Positions 49,980-62,995 of a DNA stretch of 64,000 bases are shown here, one piece after another. Made by a program: the position numbers and the translations under genes. Source of the DNA: Stegostoma tigrinum. Taxonomy: Eukaryota. The notes beneath the pieces were generated by a model. The model was not told where the DNA came from. It did no database searches and saw nothing but the letters and a program-made list of their open reading frames with translations. The stretch spans positions 101,537,242 through 101,601,241 of the forward strand of contig NC_081356.1 in NCBI RefSeq assembly GCF_030684315.1. Direction: 5' to 3'. Within the stretch, counting starts at the first letter, position 1. Each line of letters begins with the position of its first letter.

Positions 49980-52320
49980 ACACAACGGGTAGGATGTATA
50001 GAAATAAATGAGTGTGCTATGATCAGCATTACAGAGACATAGTGACATGATGAGCAGTGCTGGGAAAATAAATATCTGAGGATATTTGACATTTCAGAAG
50101 GACAGGATGAAAGAAGGAAGGAAGGAAGATAGCTTTGTTAATAAATGATGTGATCGGAATGGTATTGAGAAATGATATTCATTCGTAACAATCAGTTTAT
50201 TAGGAGATAATTATTTGTGACTAGCTAAGACAATTGAGGATGGTTTCACATTGAAAGGAAAAGTATACATGAAGATTAGTAGTAGTCCAGAAGGTCAGGT
50301 CATTTTTACACACCAGCATAGTATGACTGAAAGAATAACAAAATGGAGGAAATTAGAGTATGAGAGAAGATCAGCATGAAATTTGAAACTAGACAATGTG
50401 TGAAGAGAAAAAAAGTGTAGCTAAATTAAAATGGTGGTCCCTGAAATGATCAAAGTGGGAAATTTAGTAAACAAATAAGGAAATGATATAAACTTTGAAC
50501 AGAGTTTTGTCTTCACAGTAAAAAAACTCAAAAAAAAACTACCCTGGAATAGGGAAAAGAAAATCATGATGAAAATGGATGGAGGATTTAAAGCAGCTGT
50601 GATCACGAGAGAAAACGCGCAAAGAAAATCAATGGGACTAATGGCTGATGAGTTCTCTGGACCTGATGTCCCACATCCTGCGGCCTTAAAAGAAGTGCAT
50701 GTAATGGCAGAGATAATGGGAACTGCAGATGCTGGAGAATCCGAGATAACAAAGTGTGGAGCTGGATGAACACAGCAGGCCAAGCAGCATCTTAGGAGCA
50801 CAAAAGCTGACGTTTTGGGCCTAGACCCTTCATCAGAAAAGGGGGAGGGGAGAGGGTTCTGAAATAAAGAGGAAGGGGGGGAGGCAGATCGAAGATGGAT
50901 AGAGGAGAAGATAGGTGGAGAGGAGACAGACAAGTTAAAGAGGCGGGGATGAAGCCAGCAGAGGTTAGTGTGGGTGGGGAGGTAGGGAGGGGATAGATCA
51001 GTCCGGGGAGGACAGACAGGTCAAGGGGGTGGGATGAGGTTAGTAGATAGGAAATGGGGGTGCGACTTGAGGTGGAAGGAGGGGATAGGTGAGCGGAAGG
51101 ACAGATTAGGGAGGCGGGGACAAGCCGGGCTGGTTTTGGGATGCAGCAGAGGGAGGGGAAATTAAGCTTGTAAAGTCCACATTGATACCATTGGGCTGCA
51201 GGGTTCCCAAGCGGAATAATGAGTTGCTGTTCATGTGACCTTCGGGTGGCAACATTGTGTCACTGCTGGAGGCCCAGGATGGACATGTCTTTTAAGGATT
51301 GGGAGAGGGAATTGAAATGGATTTCACAAGCTTCAAAATCTCTCCTCCCCTACTGCATTCCAAAACCAGTCCAGCTCATCTCTGCCTCCCTCACCTGTTC
51401 TTCCTCTCACCTATCCCCTCCTCCCACCTCAAACTGTGTCCCCATTCCTACCTACTAACCTCATCCTGGCCCCTTGACCTATCCATCCTCGCCGGATTGT
51501 GACCTATCCTCTCCCTACCTCCCATCTACACTCACCTCTACTGGCTCCATCCCCACCTCTTTAACTTGTCTGTATCTTCTCCTCTATCCATCTTCGATCC
51601 ACGTCCCCCTCTCCTCCTATTTATTTCAGAACCCTCTCCCCCTCCCCCTTTTCTGATGAAGCGTCTAGACCCAGAACATCAGCTTTTGTGCTCCTGAGAT
51701 GCTGCTTGGCCTGCTGTGTTCATCCAGCTCCACACTTTGTTATCTGGCATGTAGTGGTTGACAGCATAGAAGCTGAGAGGATGTTTAAAACTAGCAGCAC
51801 AGCTTAAAATGAAGAAGTGTCCTATTTAAGACAGAAATGAGAAGGAATTTGTTTTATCAGAAGTTTGTTATTCCTTTGAAATGCTCTTCCTCGGAGAACA
51901 GTGGAGATCGGGTCATTGAATATATTCAAGATCGAGTTTGTCAGAGTTTGATCTACAAAGTGGTCCGAAGTTTTGTGGGCGCGGCAGGCAAGTGTAGCTT
52001 AAGGTACACACAAAAGCAGAAATTGCTGGAGAAGCTCAGCAGGAGTGGCCGTATCTATGGAGAGCACTTCATTCTGAAGAAGGTCATGAACTCAAAATGT
52101 TTAACTCTTGTTAATTCTTGTTTTCTGTTCACAGATACTGCCAGACTTGTTGAGTTCTTTCAACAATTTGTGTTGTTGTGTATTTCAGATTGCCCACATC
52201 CATACTTTGTTTTATTTAAGTGGAGCGAAGGATCCAAACAAATTTTATAACAATTTTATCAAATGGTGAAGCAGACTCAAGGGGCCAAATAGCTTATTCC
52301 TCTTTCTTACGATCTTGTAC
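49980..52320 (+). mobile_element. Old internally deleted CR1 hosting the inverted PLE insertion
   Basis: ITET / SGPD.PHP..LKEV / MRRNLFYQK remnants. Confidence 0.55.
50708..51746. mobile_element. Penelope-like insertion with inverted terminal copy and 11-bp TSD
   Basis: Minus-strand arm (tail, pLTR, ORF end) to about 51318, then a plus-strand pLTR lacking the tail. GCATGTAATGG at 50697 and GCATGTAGTGG at 51747. Confidence 0.85.
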
Positions 52321-52973
52321 TTATTTGCCTTTTTTTGCGATAGTACAGGTCAGTGTGGTGAGGGAAGAGTGACAAAAGCAAAATAACATGGATACTGGAT
52401 GTTTGAAATAGTAAGAAAATTACTCAAACCTCAGGTCCAGTTGCATCAATGGGACGAGATCAGAGTTGTTTTAGGCTGATGAACTTGCATCGGAACTGGG
52501 GGTACTTAGGGATATCAGGCTTGAAGTGCAGAGGCAGGAAATGAGGGAAGGAAGGAAAGAATGAAAGGGAAGATCAGTGAAAAGGTGGAAGTTGGAAGAG
52601 ATTAAATGATAAGAGATGATGGTGCAAGGCAAAAGGGGATGATGATAGAAACACCAAAAGAAGTGTGCAGAAAAGGTGTAAATGGGGAAACAAATAGTCG
52701 TAAATCCCTATTACACACATGATTGGCTGCTGGATATAAACTGGCAATGTGACAAGCCCCTGTGGAGATCCTGAAGGCTTACATTTAGCGTTAGGATTTT
52801 GATTCAAAACTTGGTTAAAGTGCTTGAAGGGAACCAAATTAGCACTGTCCTTTTTATTCTATCAGTACATTACTCCCTTCCCTTTTCCCTTGTTCTATTC
52901 CCAACAGGACATAAGCAGTCCAGAGTAGAGTATTAAAGATCTCCTGCCTTAGTTAACTATTTTGAAAGTACTT

Positions 52974-53314
52974 GGGCAGCACGGTGGCTCAGTGGTTAGC
53001 ACTGTTGCCTCCGCACCAGAGACCTAGGTTCATTTCCACCCTCAGGCAACTGTCGATGTGGAGTTTGCACATTCTGGATGTGTCTGTGTAGGTTTCCTCC
53101 ATGTGCTCCAGTTTCCTCCCACAGTCCAGAGATGTGCAGTTTGGATGGATTAGCCATGCTAAATTTCTCCATAGTGTCCAGGGATGCGCAGGTCAAATGG
53201 GTTAGCCATAGAAAATGCAAGGTTACAAATTAGGGGTCTGGGTAGGATGCTGTTTGGACGGTCGGTGTGCGTTCAATGAGCCAAATGGCATGCTTTCCAC
53301 ACTGTAAGGATTCT
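52974..53314 (+). mobile_element. HE1-like SINE
   Basis: A box, V-domain and tail. Confidence 0.85.
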
Positions 53315-53691
53315 TTTAAAGAAGTATTATATAAATTTCCCCGCGACCGTTTTCTGGAATGTAAGTGAGCAGGTGATTTTTTCATCCCCTGTCAATTTTA
53401 AAGAATTGAACCAAAGAAATTGGGGTTATTGACCCTTGTTTAAATAAACCCTCTTAACCTGGAAATGATATGCTATTATTTGTTTTTTTCCCTTTTAGTC
53501 CGATTCTCATCAGAAGCCGTCCATGTGAGCAAATTGTGTCCCAGTTTTCTCAGAAAGAATATGTTTATACATCAACATGCTTTACACTTTATCCATAAAA
53601 GAGTGCTTTCTCAAGATCGTCAACATTTCTAGTAAAGACATTGAGTCAGAGTGCAACACATATAATTACGTATATCCATTTTTTTCTCCAG

Positions 53692-53859
53692 GTAAAACGT
53701 AAGTCCTCACTGCAGAGTTGGCAGTCAGAGTCTTACACAGAGGAGGTCTGCTGTGCAATGGAAGAAGGCACAGAACAGATGCAGCCAACAAGAGTTGCTG
53801 AATATTTCTTCAGTGATATTTTCACAGAAGTGGAAGAGGATGAAGAAGAATGCTCATAG
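53692..53859 (+). CDS. BDP1: BDP1 last coding exon
   Basis: ttttctccAG acceptor, phase 0. VAEYFFSDIFTEVEE matches the recalled human C-terminus VSEYFFNDIFIEVDETE. TAG stop. Confidence 0.95.
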   Translation, partial: VKRKSSLQSWQSESYTEEVCCAMEEGTEQMQPTRVAEYFFSDIFTEVEEDEEECS

Positions 53860-56520
53860 CTGCATATTTAGCTGGTGCTGATACATACTATGTAATGTGA
53901 TATGTTCAATGATATGATACAATCACAGAATTGGAGGACAAATGACATTAAAATATACAAGCATTGTTAGCTTTTATCTGTTCTGCTGGCACTGAGACCT
54001 CTGATAAAATACTACGTTCATGCTATGAATAGGCAAACAAAAGGTTGGTCAATCACTATTACCTTTCATGGTTGGAAATATCAAGATTTTGCAGGCCAAT
54101 TAGTTGTAACAATGTATTTCTTATCAAATTCAAATGTGTTAAAAGTAACTGCTGTTTTACAATTCACAGTACATGATAACTCCCTTAACTATACAACAAG
54201 TTAATGTTTCATCAAAAAGTTGTTTACAATATTGATGAATTTCTAATACGTTTCTCCTTTAATCTGTGATTCCTTTGCTATAATGGGATGCTTTTGTCCA
54301 AGTGGATCTCACAATACAAAGTAGAAAAGTTTATTTTCATTTTCATTTTTTTTGTAGAAAGAGGAGTAGCAAGATGTGTGCTTTATTTTAGTAACCCACA
54401 ATTTTGCATTGATGTTCAAAGAACAGACTACATCCTCAAAGTATTGCACTTTAACATCCAAGTAATTAATCAGGATCACTTTTAAAATATTAAATTTAGA
54501 ATCCAAAATACTAATGGGTTACGATATATTTTGATAATTGCATTTAGCAGACACTTCTTTTTGGAAAAAAAAAGCAATGATTTCAATGATATATTTTTGC
54601 TTATGATAAATTTTAAATGCATCAGAATAAAGCAATAAATAGTGGAAACAAAATTAGAAAGCCCATATGAAACAGAACAAATGTATAGTCTGAAAAGGAT
54701 AAACTATTGTTATAAGTCATTGACATCTAAAATGTCAGTGAGTTTTAAGTTCTTGGATGCAAATTATGTTGGTAGTGGGATGAAATAAAGTTCAGGGCTA
54801 GATATTTTGCGCATAAGTTATTACACAAGTGGCTGGGTACTAAATCTGATTCCAACGGTTTTTTTAAAAGAAAATTACCGAGGAAGTTATTCAGAAAATT
54901 GCACTGATAAATTGACAACATTTTAAAACTTCAATCTCTTTAAGCATTGGTGTGATGATGTAGCTAGCATGTTGCTTGGTGAGCATTTCTGAGGTAAGGA
55001 TCTTTATCTTTATTACCTCATTTTATTTTCTTTGTAGATAATGTGCCTTGTCCAGCAAGTATTTTCATATTTCAGATTTAGTGTTTAGTGAAGGTGCTGT
55101 TCCTTTTAAAGTTTCAGAATGATGGCTGTATATTTGAGTAACTGATCAGAAAGAAACTTATACAAATTTGGATGTGAAACCGGCATCTCCAATGACAGCC
55201 CAACTTTAAAACTTTTCAGTGATTGATTTATATAAGATTGCTATGAACTGAGATTTATTTGCATGTCATACATGTCAACAATGAGATACACAAGTTTTCT
55301 TTTTGTGAAATTACTGGCACTTGTCTTTTGTGTCCTTTCAATGCAATTGTAAACAAAATTTCGAGACTACTTGTAGATATCCATTTGTGTTAAAGCGAAG
55401 TTATTCAAACTTATTTTGAAATTTTAATTTTTAAAAATAAAATCTGTTAGATATGTTCCCTTAGTTAACATTATGAACATGTGATATGTGTTAATTGAAC
55501 TGTATTTTAATGTGGGCTCAATCACATTTGCAGATAATTTATCTCATTTTTTGTCTATGAATTATTATTTAAGATAATCCAGATGTAGCTGTAATATTTG
55601 TATTGACTTAGAAATGGGGGGAAAAAGATGAGGAATGCCATTATTTGGAACAAATTAAAATGTGAACCAGTTACAACTGCTAAGTGACCCAACGGTAACT
55701 CATGCGGTAAAATATAGACATTTGGGACAGCATATCTTAAAGGTACCATTTCACATTTGATATATCAAAAAAGACTGAAAGGGACTCAAAAACCGAAAGC
55801 TTGTGTTGTGGTACAAGGCTTCAACTTTGGTTGGACATAAATTTCATAGTTATGTGTAATTAGTTTTGTAACCAGGCTGGAATGAAGAAATGGCCAAGCA
55901 CCATTGACACTGTCTGATTATAATCTCTGAAACAACATTAAGTTCAAAAGTTTATGCAAGATCTATAACAAATTCTGACTGATGACTGGGCATATAGAAG
56001 AAGAAATTAATCTTGGGCAGTGACATAGAAAAAAAGATATTGGATAAGCTCCATTGCATTCAAAAGAACTGAATACCAGGGACTGTAATGGGTACCTAAT
56101 CCAGTACTGCCATTTTGTGCCACTACTTTGAATTTCTACCTAGTACTGTTGGGAGCAGATTAAAAGTGTTGAGAAGGAACTCAAACAGGAAGTAACTAAC
56201 AAGTTAATTATGTTAAACTTCAAAAGTAATGCTAATATATGTGGTAATGCACAACAAATTATTTGAATTTAGCTTGTCCCTGTCAAAGCAACTGGGTCAG
56301 TTGCTTCACTCATATTGACATATACATATATGTAAATTACTGTTGAAGCATTGTTCATGTGATTGCAAATATGTATGTAGTTGTTTACTGAATGACTAAC
56401 TCCAGAGTCATTACAACATCTTCCTTGTTTGGAAGGAACATTACAGTATTACTGCATAGATGTATTAATCTGTGGACTGCTTGTAAATTCTGTAAATAAA
56501 ACATTCTTATATAATTTGTC
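53860..56520 (+). other. BDP1: Probable BDP1 3' UTR with several polyadenylation signals
   Basis: AT-rich, with no recognisable TE. AATAAA at 54626, 54634 and 56495; the last is followed by a U/GU-rich tract. The true end is not determinable without RNA data. Confidence 0.55.
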
Positions 56521-58209
56521 TTTGCATCTCTTTAATATAATTTAGCATTACCACAAGGCCCTTTATTATGGCAGGATTCCAAATTAGGTGAACATTTGTG
56601 TTTGTCTCCTGACACTTACAACCTCAGAAGTGTTCCAAATTCTTAGAGAGAGCTTGTCTTAATGCAGAAGAATGACTGTAACCTCATCAATGATCAAAGT
56701 GATTTTATCTTTGCAATTATAGTGCATAAAACTTCCTTAAAATGCAGCTCCCATTCCCTAGTCCATCTCTTAATTTATTAATAGTGTGACTTGCAGGTCA
56801 TCGTAATTTTTGAAAATCCATTCAAACTATTTGTGATCTACTGAATAGTTTGTTTATTTGCATTTTTTATGCTTATCGTTTTTAATCCAGTTTTGTAACT
56901 TTTCTCTGGAATTAAACAGTCTGAAGTTTGGATGCTTGAACCTACAAATGTGGTGAGGAAGATGCAAACTTTTTTGCATGTTGGAGTGCTTTTATTTATC
57001 ATTAAAATTCATAGATTATATTTCCCACACTTAAATGTTCTCTACAATCATTTCATTATTTTTTCAAGCTACCTCATCCTCTCTAAATATCCTGATCAAT
57101 TTCCTATTTGTCACCAATATTTATTTTAATCTCTTCCCAGTTGTTACTCTGAATCTGCTCTGCTTAAGATTTAATAAACTTTCATGCAGAAATTTGTTTT
57201 GAAAATGGTAATAACTTTTGGAAGTCCAGCCCTATTATGTGATAAGTTACCACCTTGTAGATATGTCTCAGGATCTTGTTACCTCATGTATGTGTTTCAG
57301 TGACCTGCAAAACCATCTTAAGCATTCTGATACTATTAAGACTTCAAGGTGGCTTTGTTCTTTTCAGGATCTTCCTTCTGGTTGGATACCAGATCAGCGC
57401 GTTGTAACATCAAGAATTTTGCTGAATTGGGAAGCTGTTGTAAATTGTAATTGTGTTTCAATGATACAAAAATAATTACATTCCAAAGTACATCATTTGC
57501 TACACAATTGTCCAATGGTTACAAAAACAATGCAAGTCTTTTAGCATGAAAATGAATAAACAGATCTGTGTATTGTATAGTTTATTAGGTCTGCAACCAT
57601 GCCCTGGATTTCCTATTGACCTGACAGTTGTTATTTCAGTCAAAAGGGAATTATGCTTCGAGACCCTGTAAAATCCCAAACACAGCCGACTTCAAAGGAA
57701 TTGCCTGGCAATTTAAGGATTGTGTGGGAAATTCCCTTACAGTTGGAATTTTTAAAAAAAATCTTTAATTGGAACTCAATTAAATTATATCATTAGTCAG
57801 GAAACATTAGACTATTAAATACATAGGCAAACACCTGAGTTCAACTGACTTAAAGTGTACTTCACTAGACCATTTATGCATCTGGACCTTGAACTGATGC
57901 CACCCTTATCCCACTTGCCCCTTGTTGGACATGATTCCCCTCACCCACACTGACCTACCCTAAACATTGCATCACTTACCTGACACCCTTGCACTTAACC
58001 TCCTTTCATTTTGACATCTTACCCAGATGACACTATCTTGCCTTGTATTTACTTAGTGTGTGACACTGATTGTCAGGTCCTTTAAATGTCAGAAAAATCA
58101 CAGTTGTCTACTACGAAAAGAGAGGCATGGTTGCCTCCACGGTTCTGCACCAGGAAAGAACTTTCAGAATGAAAACATGCTCTGCACTTCTGACAGAGCC
58201 CTCCTGTCA

Positions 58210-61200
58210 TTAGAATAGGAACAGGAGTAGGCCATTTGGACTCTTCAGACTGCTCCCACAGTTCTCCGTGGAAAGCAGTTCCAAAGAGACTCAGCCTTCA
58301 GAAGAAATTCCTTCTTATCTCAGTGTTAAATTGGTGCTCCTTTATTCTGTGAATATGCCTAAAGACTCCAATGATGGCAAACATCCTATCAGTATTTACC
58401 CTGGCAAGCCACTTAAGAATCCCATGTATTTCAAAACAATCATATCTCATTCTTCTAAACTCCAGGAGAATCCCAAACTGTTCAGCCTTTGCTCTGAAGA
58501 TAATCGCTCCATAGCACAAACCATTTTGCTGAACCTTCTCTGAACTGCCTCTAAGAAATAAAGACACCAAAACTGCTCACAGAGTACCCCAGAAATGGTC
58601 TCACCAGTACCTTGTACAGTTGCAGTAAGATTTCCTTACCCTTCTACTGCAACCCCCTTGAAATGAGAGCCAACATTCTATTAGCCTTCATAATTACCTG
58701 CTACAGCTGCGTGTTAGCTTTGTGTTTCAAGTACAAGGAGCCCTAAGTTCCATTGTATTGCAGCTTTACGCAGTTTGTGCTATTTAAATAATACCGGTCT
58801 TTCGTTCTCACTTCCAAAATAAACAGCTTCACATTTTCCCACTTAATATTCCATTGTCAACTTTTTGCCCACTTACTTAACCTATCAATATTTCTCTGTA
58901 AACTGCTGGTATCCCCCTCGCAAATTGTCTTTCTACATATTTTGTGTCATCTGTAAATTTGGCTATAGTAAATTCACTTCCTCCAAGTTATTAATATATA
59001 TTGTAAACAGTTGCAGTCCCAAGCCACCAACCTAAAAAAGAACCTCATCTCCATTTGCTGTTTCCTGCCCATTAGTCAATTCTCAATCCATACCTATACA
59101 GTACCTCCTACACCATGAGCTCTTACGTTATGACTTAATCTTCCATGAGGGACCTTGTTGAATGCCTCTGGAAGTTCAAACACACCTACCAATTCATTCT
59201 AGTTGATACTTCCTTGAAAAACTCTAATAAATTAGGCATGGATTCCCTTTCATGAAGCCATGCTGACTCTGCTTGATTAGGTTATGATTTTCCAAATGTT
59301 CTGCCATTACTTCCTTTATAACTGCTTCCAATACTTTTCCAACAATAGGTATTGGGTTGACCGACCTACAGCTACCTGCTTTTTGCCTCCTTCCCATTTT
59401 GAATAGAAGTGCCATGTTAAACATTTCCAATCCTCTGATACTTCTTCACAGTTCAACAGTTTTTGTAAAATTACAATCAATTCATCAATTGTGTCTATCT
59501 TTCTCCTTTAGGATCCTAGGATGCAAGCCATCATGCTAGGGGACTTATCTTCCCTTCACCTCATTAGCTTTTCTAATACCACTTTTGTGATAGTGGTGGA
59601 ATTTAATTCCTACCCTGTTTTCTCTGGTATTGATGGGATGTTCAAAATATCTTCCACCGATAAGACTGATGCAAAATATCTGTTAACTCTCCTGCCATGT
59701 CCTTGTTCCCGTAACCGTCTCCCCAGATTCATTCTTCAAGGGGCTTATGTTCACTCTGGCCTTTCTATTTCTTATAAATCAAAAGAAATTCTTATAATCA
59801 GTTTTTATATTCATTGCTAGTTTACCCTCATAGTTTATATCATTTATCTTTATTTTTGTTTTAGTCCTCCTTTGTTGGATTTTGAATTTATCCCAATCTT
59901 CACGTCTATGACTGAATTTGGCATCCTTGTATACTTTTTCTTCCAGTGTAATACTCCTTAACTTTCTTCATTTGCCATGGTTGATTTATTCCTCTCGAAG
60001 AATCTTTTCTCCTGACTGGGATGTATTTTTGCTGAGAGTTGCCACTGATTGTCTACTGTCATTCCCCATTAACCTATCTATCATTTTAACTACCTTTATA
60101 CTCCTTTCATTGTAATTCCCTTTTACTCTGAGGCCATTATTGAACCTGCTGCCTAGTTGGCTCCATTGCTCTAGGAAAATATCCCTAACGCAGTCTATGA
60201 ATTTGGCACCATAGTTATCCTTTTCAATATAATTAATCTTCACATTAAAGGAGTTAAAGTCATCTGTCAGTCATCTGGCATGGTTGCTTGGTGGTTAACA
60301 TTGCTACCTCACATCACCTGGGACCCAGGTTTGATTCCACCCTCGGATGACTGTCTGTGCGGTTTGCACATTCAACCTGTGCCTGCACGTGTGCGCTCTG
60401 GTTTCCTCCCACATCCCAAAGATGTGCAGGTTTGGTAGATTTTTATTGTACAACATGACAGTTACATATTCTGTCCCTTCTATTTTCTGGTAACAATTGG
60501 CCCATCGCTATCTGCAATCCTACCTTCTCCTTTACCTTTGATTTTATAATTTGCCATGCATCTGAACCTATCCTCTCTTGTATTTAGTTCAAACCTCAAT
60601 CAACAGCCCTAGTTATGCAATTCACTAGGACTCTGGCCCCAGCATCTCAGCATCCTATCAGAACAGCTCTCTCTTTCCCCAATATTGGTGCCCATGTCCC
60701 GTGAATTCAAACCCATTTTCCTCACAACAATCTTTAAGTCATGCATTTACCTCTTTAATCTTGTTGACCCTGTATCCGTTTGCTCGTGGCTCCGGAAGTA
60801 ATCTGGAGTGTATTATCTTTTTGGTTTTGTTCTTTAATTTAGTCCTTAGCTGCTTATATTCCCTCTTTTCACCAATATTGTTTGTACTTATGTGGACCAT
60901 GGCAACTGGATTGTTCCCCTACCAGTCCAAGCTGTTGAGATATCCTGAACCCAGGAACAAGGCAGGCAACACAGCTTTCAGGACTCTTGACCCTGGCCAT
61001 AGAGAAAGGTGTCTATTGCATGGATTCTACTATCCCCAATTACGACCACATTTCTCTCCTCCTACACCCCCACTTTGAATGACTTCCCGTATCATGGTTT
61101 GCACATCGTCCCTACTCTCATCCACACGTGTGAAGCAAAAATTTCACATTCGATACACAAGCTCAAGAAATGGGTAGCTCTCTTGGTTTGTTTAAAAAGT
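58210..61200 (-). mobile_element. Long degenerate antisense CR1 in the BDP1-MCCC2 intergenic region, with a partial HE1-like SINE at about 60276-60440
   Basis: Minus-strand peptides GKVLEAVIKE..HLENHNLIKQSQHGFMKG and FIDCVRDIFLEQ. Confidence 0.75.
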
Positions 61201-61799
61201 TGGAGTCAGAGTGGCAATCTGCTGGGATACTTGCGTGTTTTTATTGGAGCAGAAAGAAAAGTTATAATGAACGCCAAACATTAATTTTCTCTCTCCACCA
61301 ACTATTTCATCCTTTCTTTTCTACCCCTGTCACAATCCATATATTAAAGCAGAATTGTACACTGGAATAGGAAAAACTAAAAGATCAATTTTTAAAATAT
61401 AAACTCGAAAAACTTAAAAAGACGAGATAATTTGGAGACCCAACGCAAACAAGTTGGGCAGATCGGCCCTCTACCCTATGAAAACTATGTGAAGAGATAT
61501 TGCTGTCAATCTCTTAAAATCAGGGACAGCTGGCAACCTTAGTAGAGGCGCCAGAATTTAGACAAATCTGACCAGACACATAGAAGAGGTCGTTCGAGAA
61601 GTTTTTGTAATTTCCCTCCTTTGGAGGAGGAACTCAATTTTTAAACGAAACTTTTTGTTTCCCTCTACAGAAGCTGTTACTGTCTGATGAACGACCACAT
61701 TGTTGTGAATAGAGTTGCTGCAGCCAAAACGTTAACTCTGCTTTGCGCCTAGTCTCTATGTTTGTTTGAAAGGCCTGGAAGGATGGGAGGTTTGAAATG

Positions 61800-62250
61800 T
61801 GAGCAGCCTGGTGTATGTGGGCGGGCTCTGTGAAACAAGTGCAAGTCGATTCGCTGTGAGCGGGAGTGTTTTGAGGTGGAGCTCTGAAGGTTGTGTCTCT
61901 GTGCAGGCGGGGCCCCAGTGTTTGCAGACCCATTCCTCCCGTAGCTCGCGCCCGGGTCTGGCTGCAGGATGCTGCTCCAAGTGCGGAACCTGCGGCTCTG
62001 CGTTCCTCGAGCGCGCGCCTGGCCCGGCCCGCGACCTCGCCGTTACCACGGGGACAAAGTGGCAACGGTTGGCTCGGAGCCTGACACCAACTCGGCCCTC
62101 TTCCAGGTAGGCCGCGCCTGCAGCCTTGGGCTCACCCGGGGGGAGGGAAGTCACGGTGGGTAGCACTGAGTGGCTGGGGGAACGGCTTATTCTGACTTGA
62201 TCGCACGGGGAAGGATGGGCGTACACCGGTCGCCGCTGATACGACATTGA
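61800..62250 (+). promoter_or_regulatory. CpG-rich promoter/first-exon region of MCCC2 with GC boxes
   Basis: The clearest CpG-dense non-repeat region in the window. GGGCGGG near 61819 and GGCGGGG near 61906 upstream of the ATG. Confidence 0.7.
61969..62106 (+). CDS. MCCC2: MCCC2 exon 1: mitochondrial transit peptide and start of methylcrotonoyl-CoA carboxylase beta chain
   Basis: MLLQVRNLRLCVPRARAWPGPRPRRYHGDKVATVGSEPDTNSALFQ aligns with recalled human [43 protein letters not shown]. Phase-0 donor CAG/GTAGG. BDP1-MCCC2 adjacency as in human. Confidence 0.93.
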
Positions 62251-62699
62251 GTTTTGGTGGCAGTTCTTTTCGTCTGGCTCATGTGTCTGTGACCCCCCCG
62301 AAGTCCTTGAACGTTGCAGCTGTTCCATGTTTACTCGTGCTGCTGGTGCTAGCTTGAACCTTTCCTGCCACAGCACCAAGACTGGTCACAGTCTTAGAAT
62401 CATACAGTGAAGGCGGAGGCCATTCTCCCGTCGTGCCCGTGCCAGCAGACTGACTGAGTGACCTGAATAAATCAATTGTCCAACTCTTTCCTGGTACCTC
62501 TGGCACTTTTCTCCCCCGTTGTCTAATTCTTCTGTTTTGAATGTTAATATTAAATCTTTACTCTCATTACTTTTCCAAGCGCTTTTTCTGTAGTGACAAT
62601 TTGAAGTTTCTCCCTGCTGTTTTTCGCTTGATTTTCTACGACTGAGTATGGCAGCATTTATGTTGATCTTGAAAGCTCATGTTGTGCAATTGGTAGAAT

Positions 62700-62995
62700 C
62701 ATAGAATTGCTACAGTCTTTGATCTGCACGAGCCCATTAAAGAGCATCCCACACAGATTCAGCCCCCTGCCCTATCTCAGTACTGCCCACACATCCCTAG
62801 ACACTATGGACAGTTTGGCACAGTCAGTCTGCGTGAACTACACACCTTTGGACTGCGTTAAGAAACCGGAGTGCCCAGTGGAAATCCATGCAGACATGGG
62901 CTGAATGTGCAAACTCCACACAGTTGCCCAGAGTTGGATTCAAACCCAGGTGCAGTGAGGCAGTGGTGCTGACCACTGTTCCATCATGCTGTCCA
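62700..62995 (-). mobile_element. HE1-like SINE, diverged, in MCCC2 intron 1
   Basis: Reverse-complement similarity to the other copies. Confidence 0.7.

Noticed and set aside
61634-62379. 143-aa and 207-aa minus-strand ORFs and the 103-aa plus ORF at 61799
   Set aside because: Expected in GC-rich sequence and no recognisable protein. The 61969 frame matches MCCC2.
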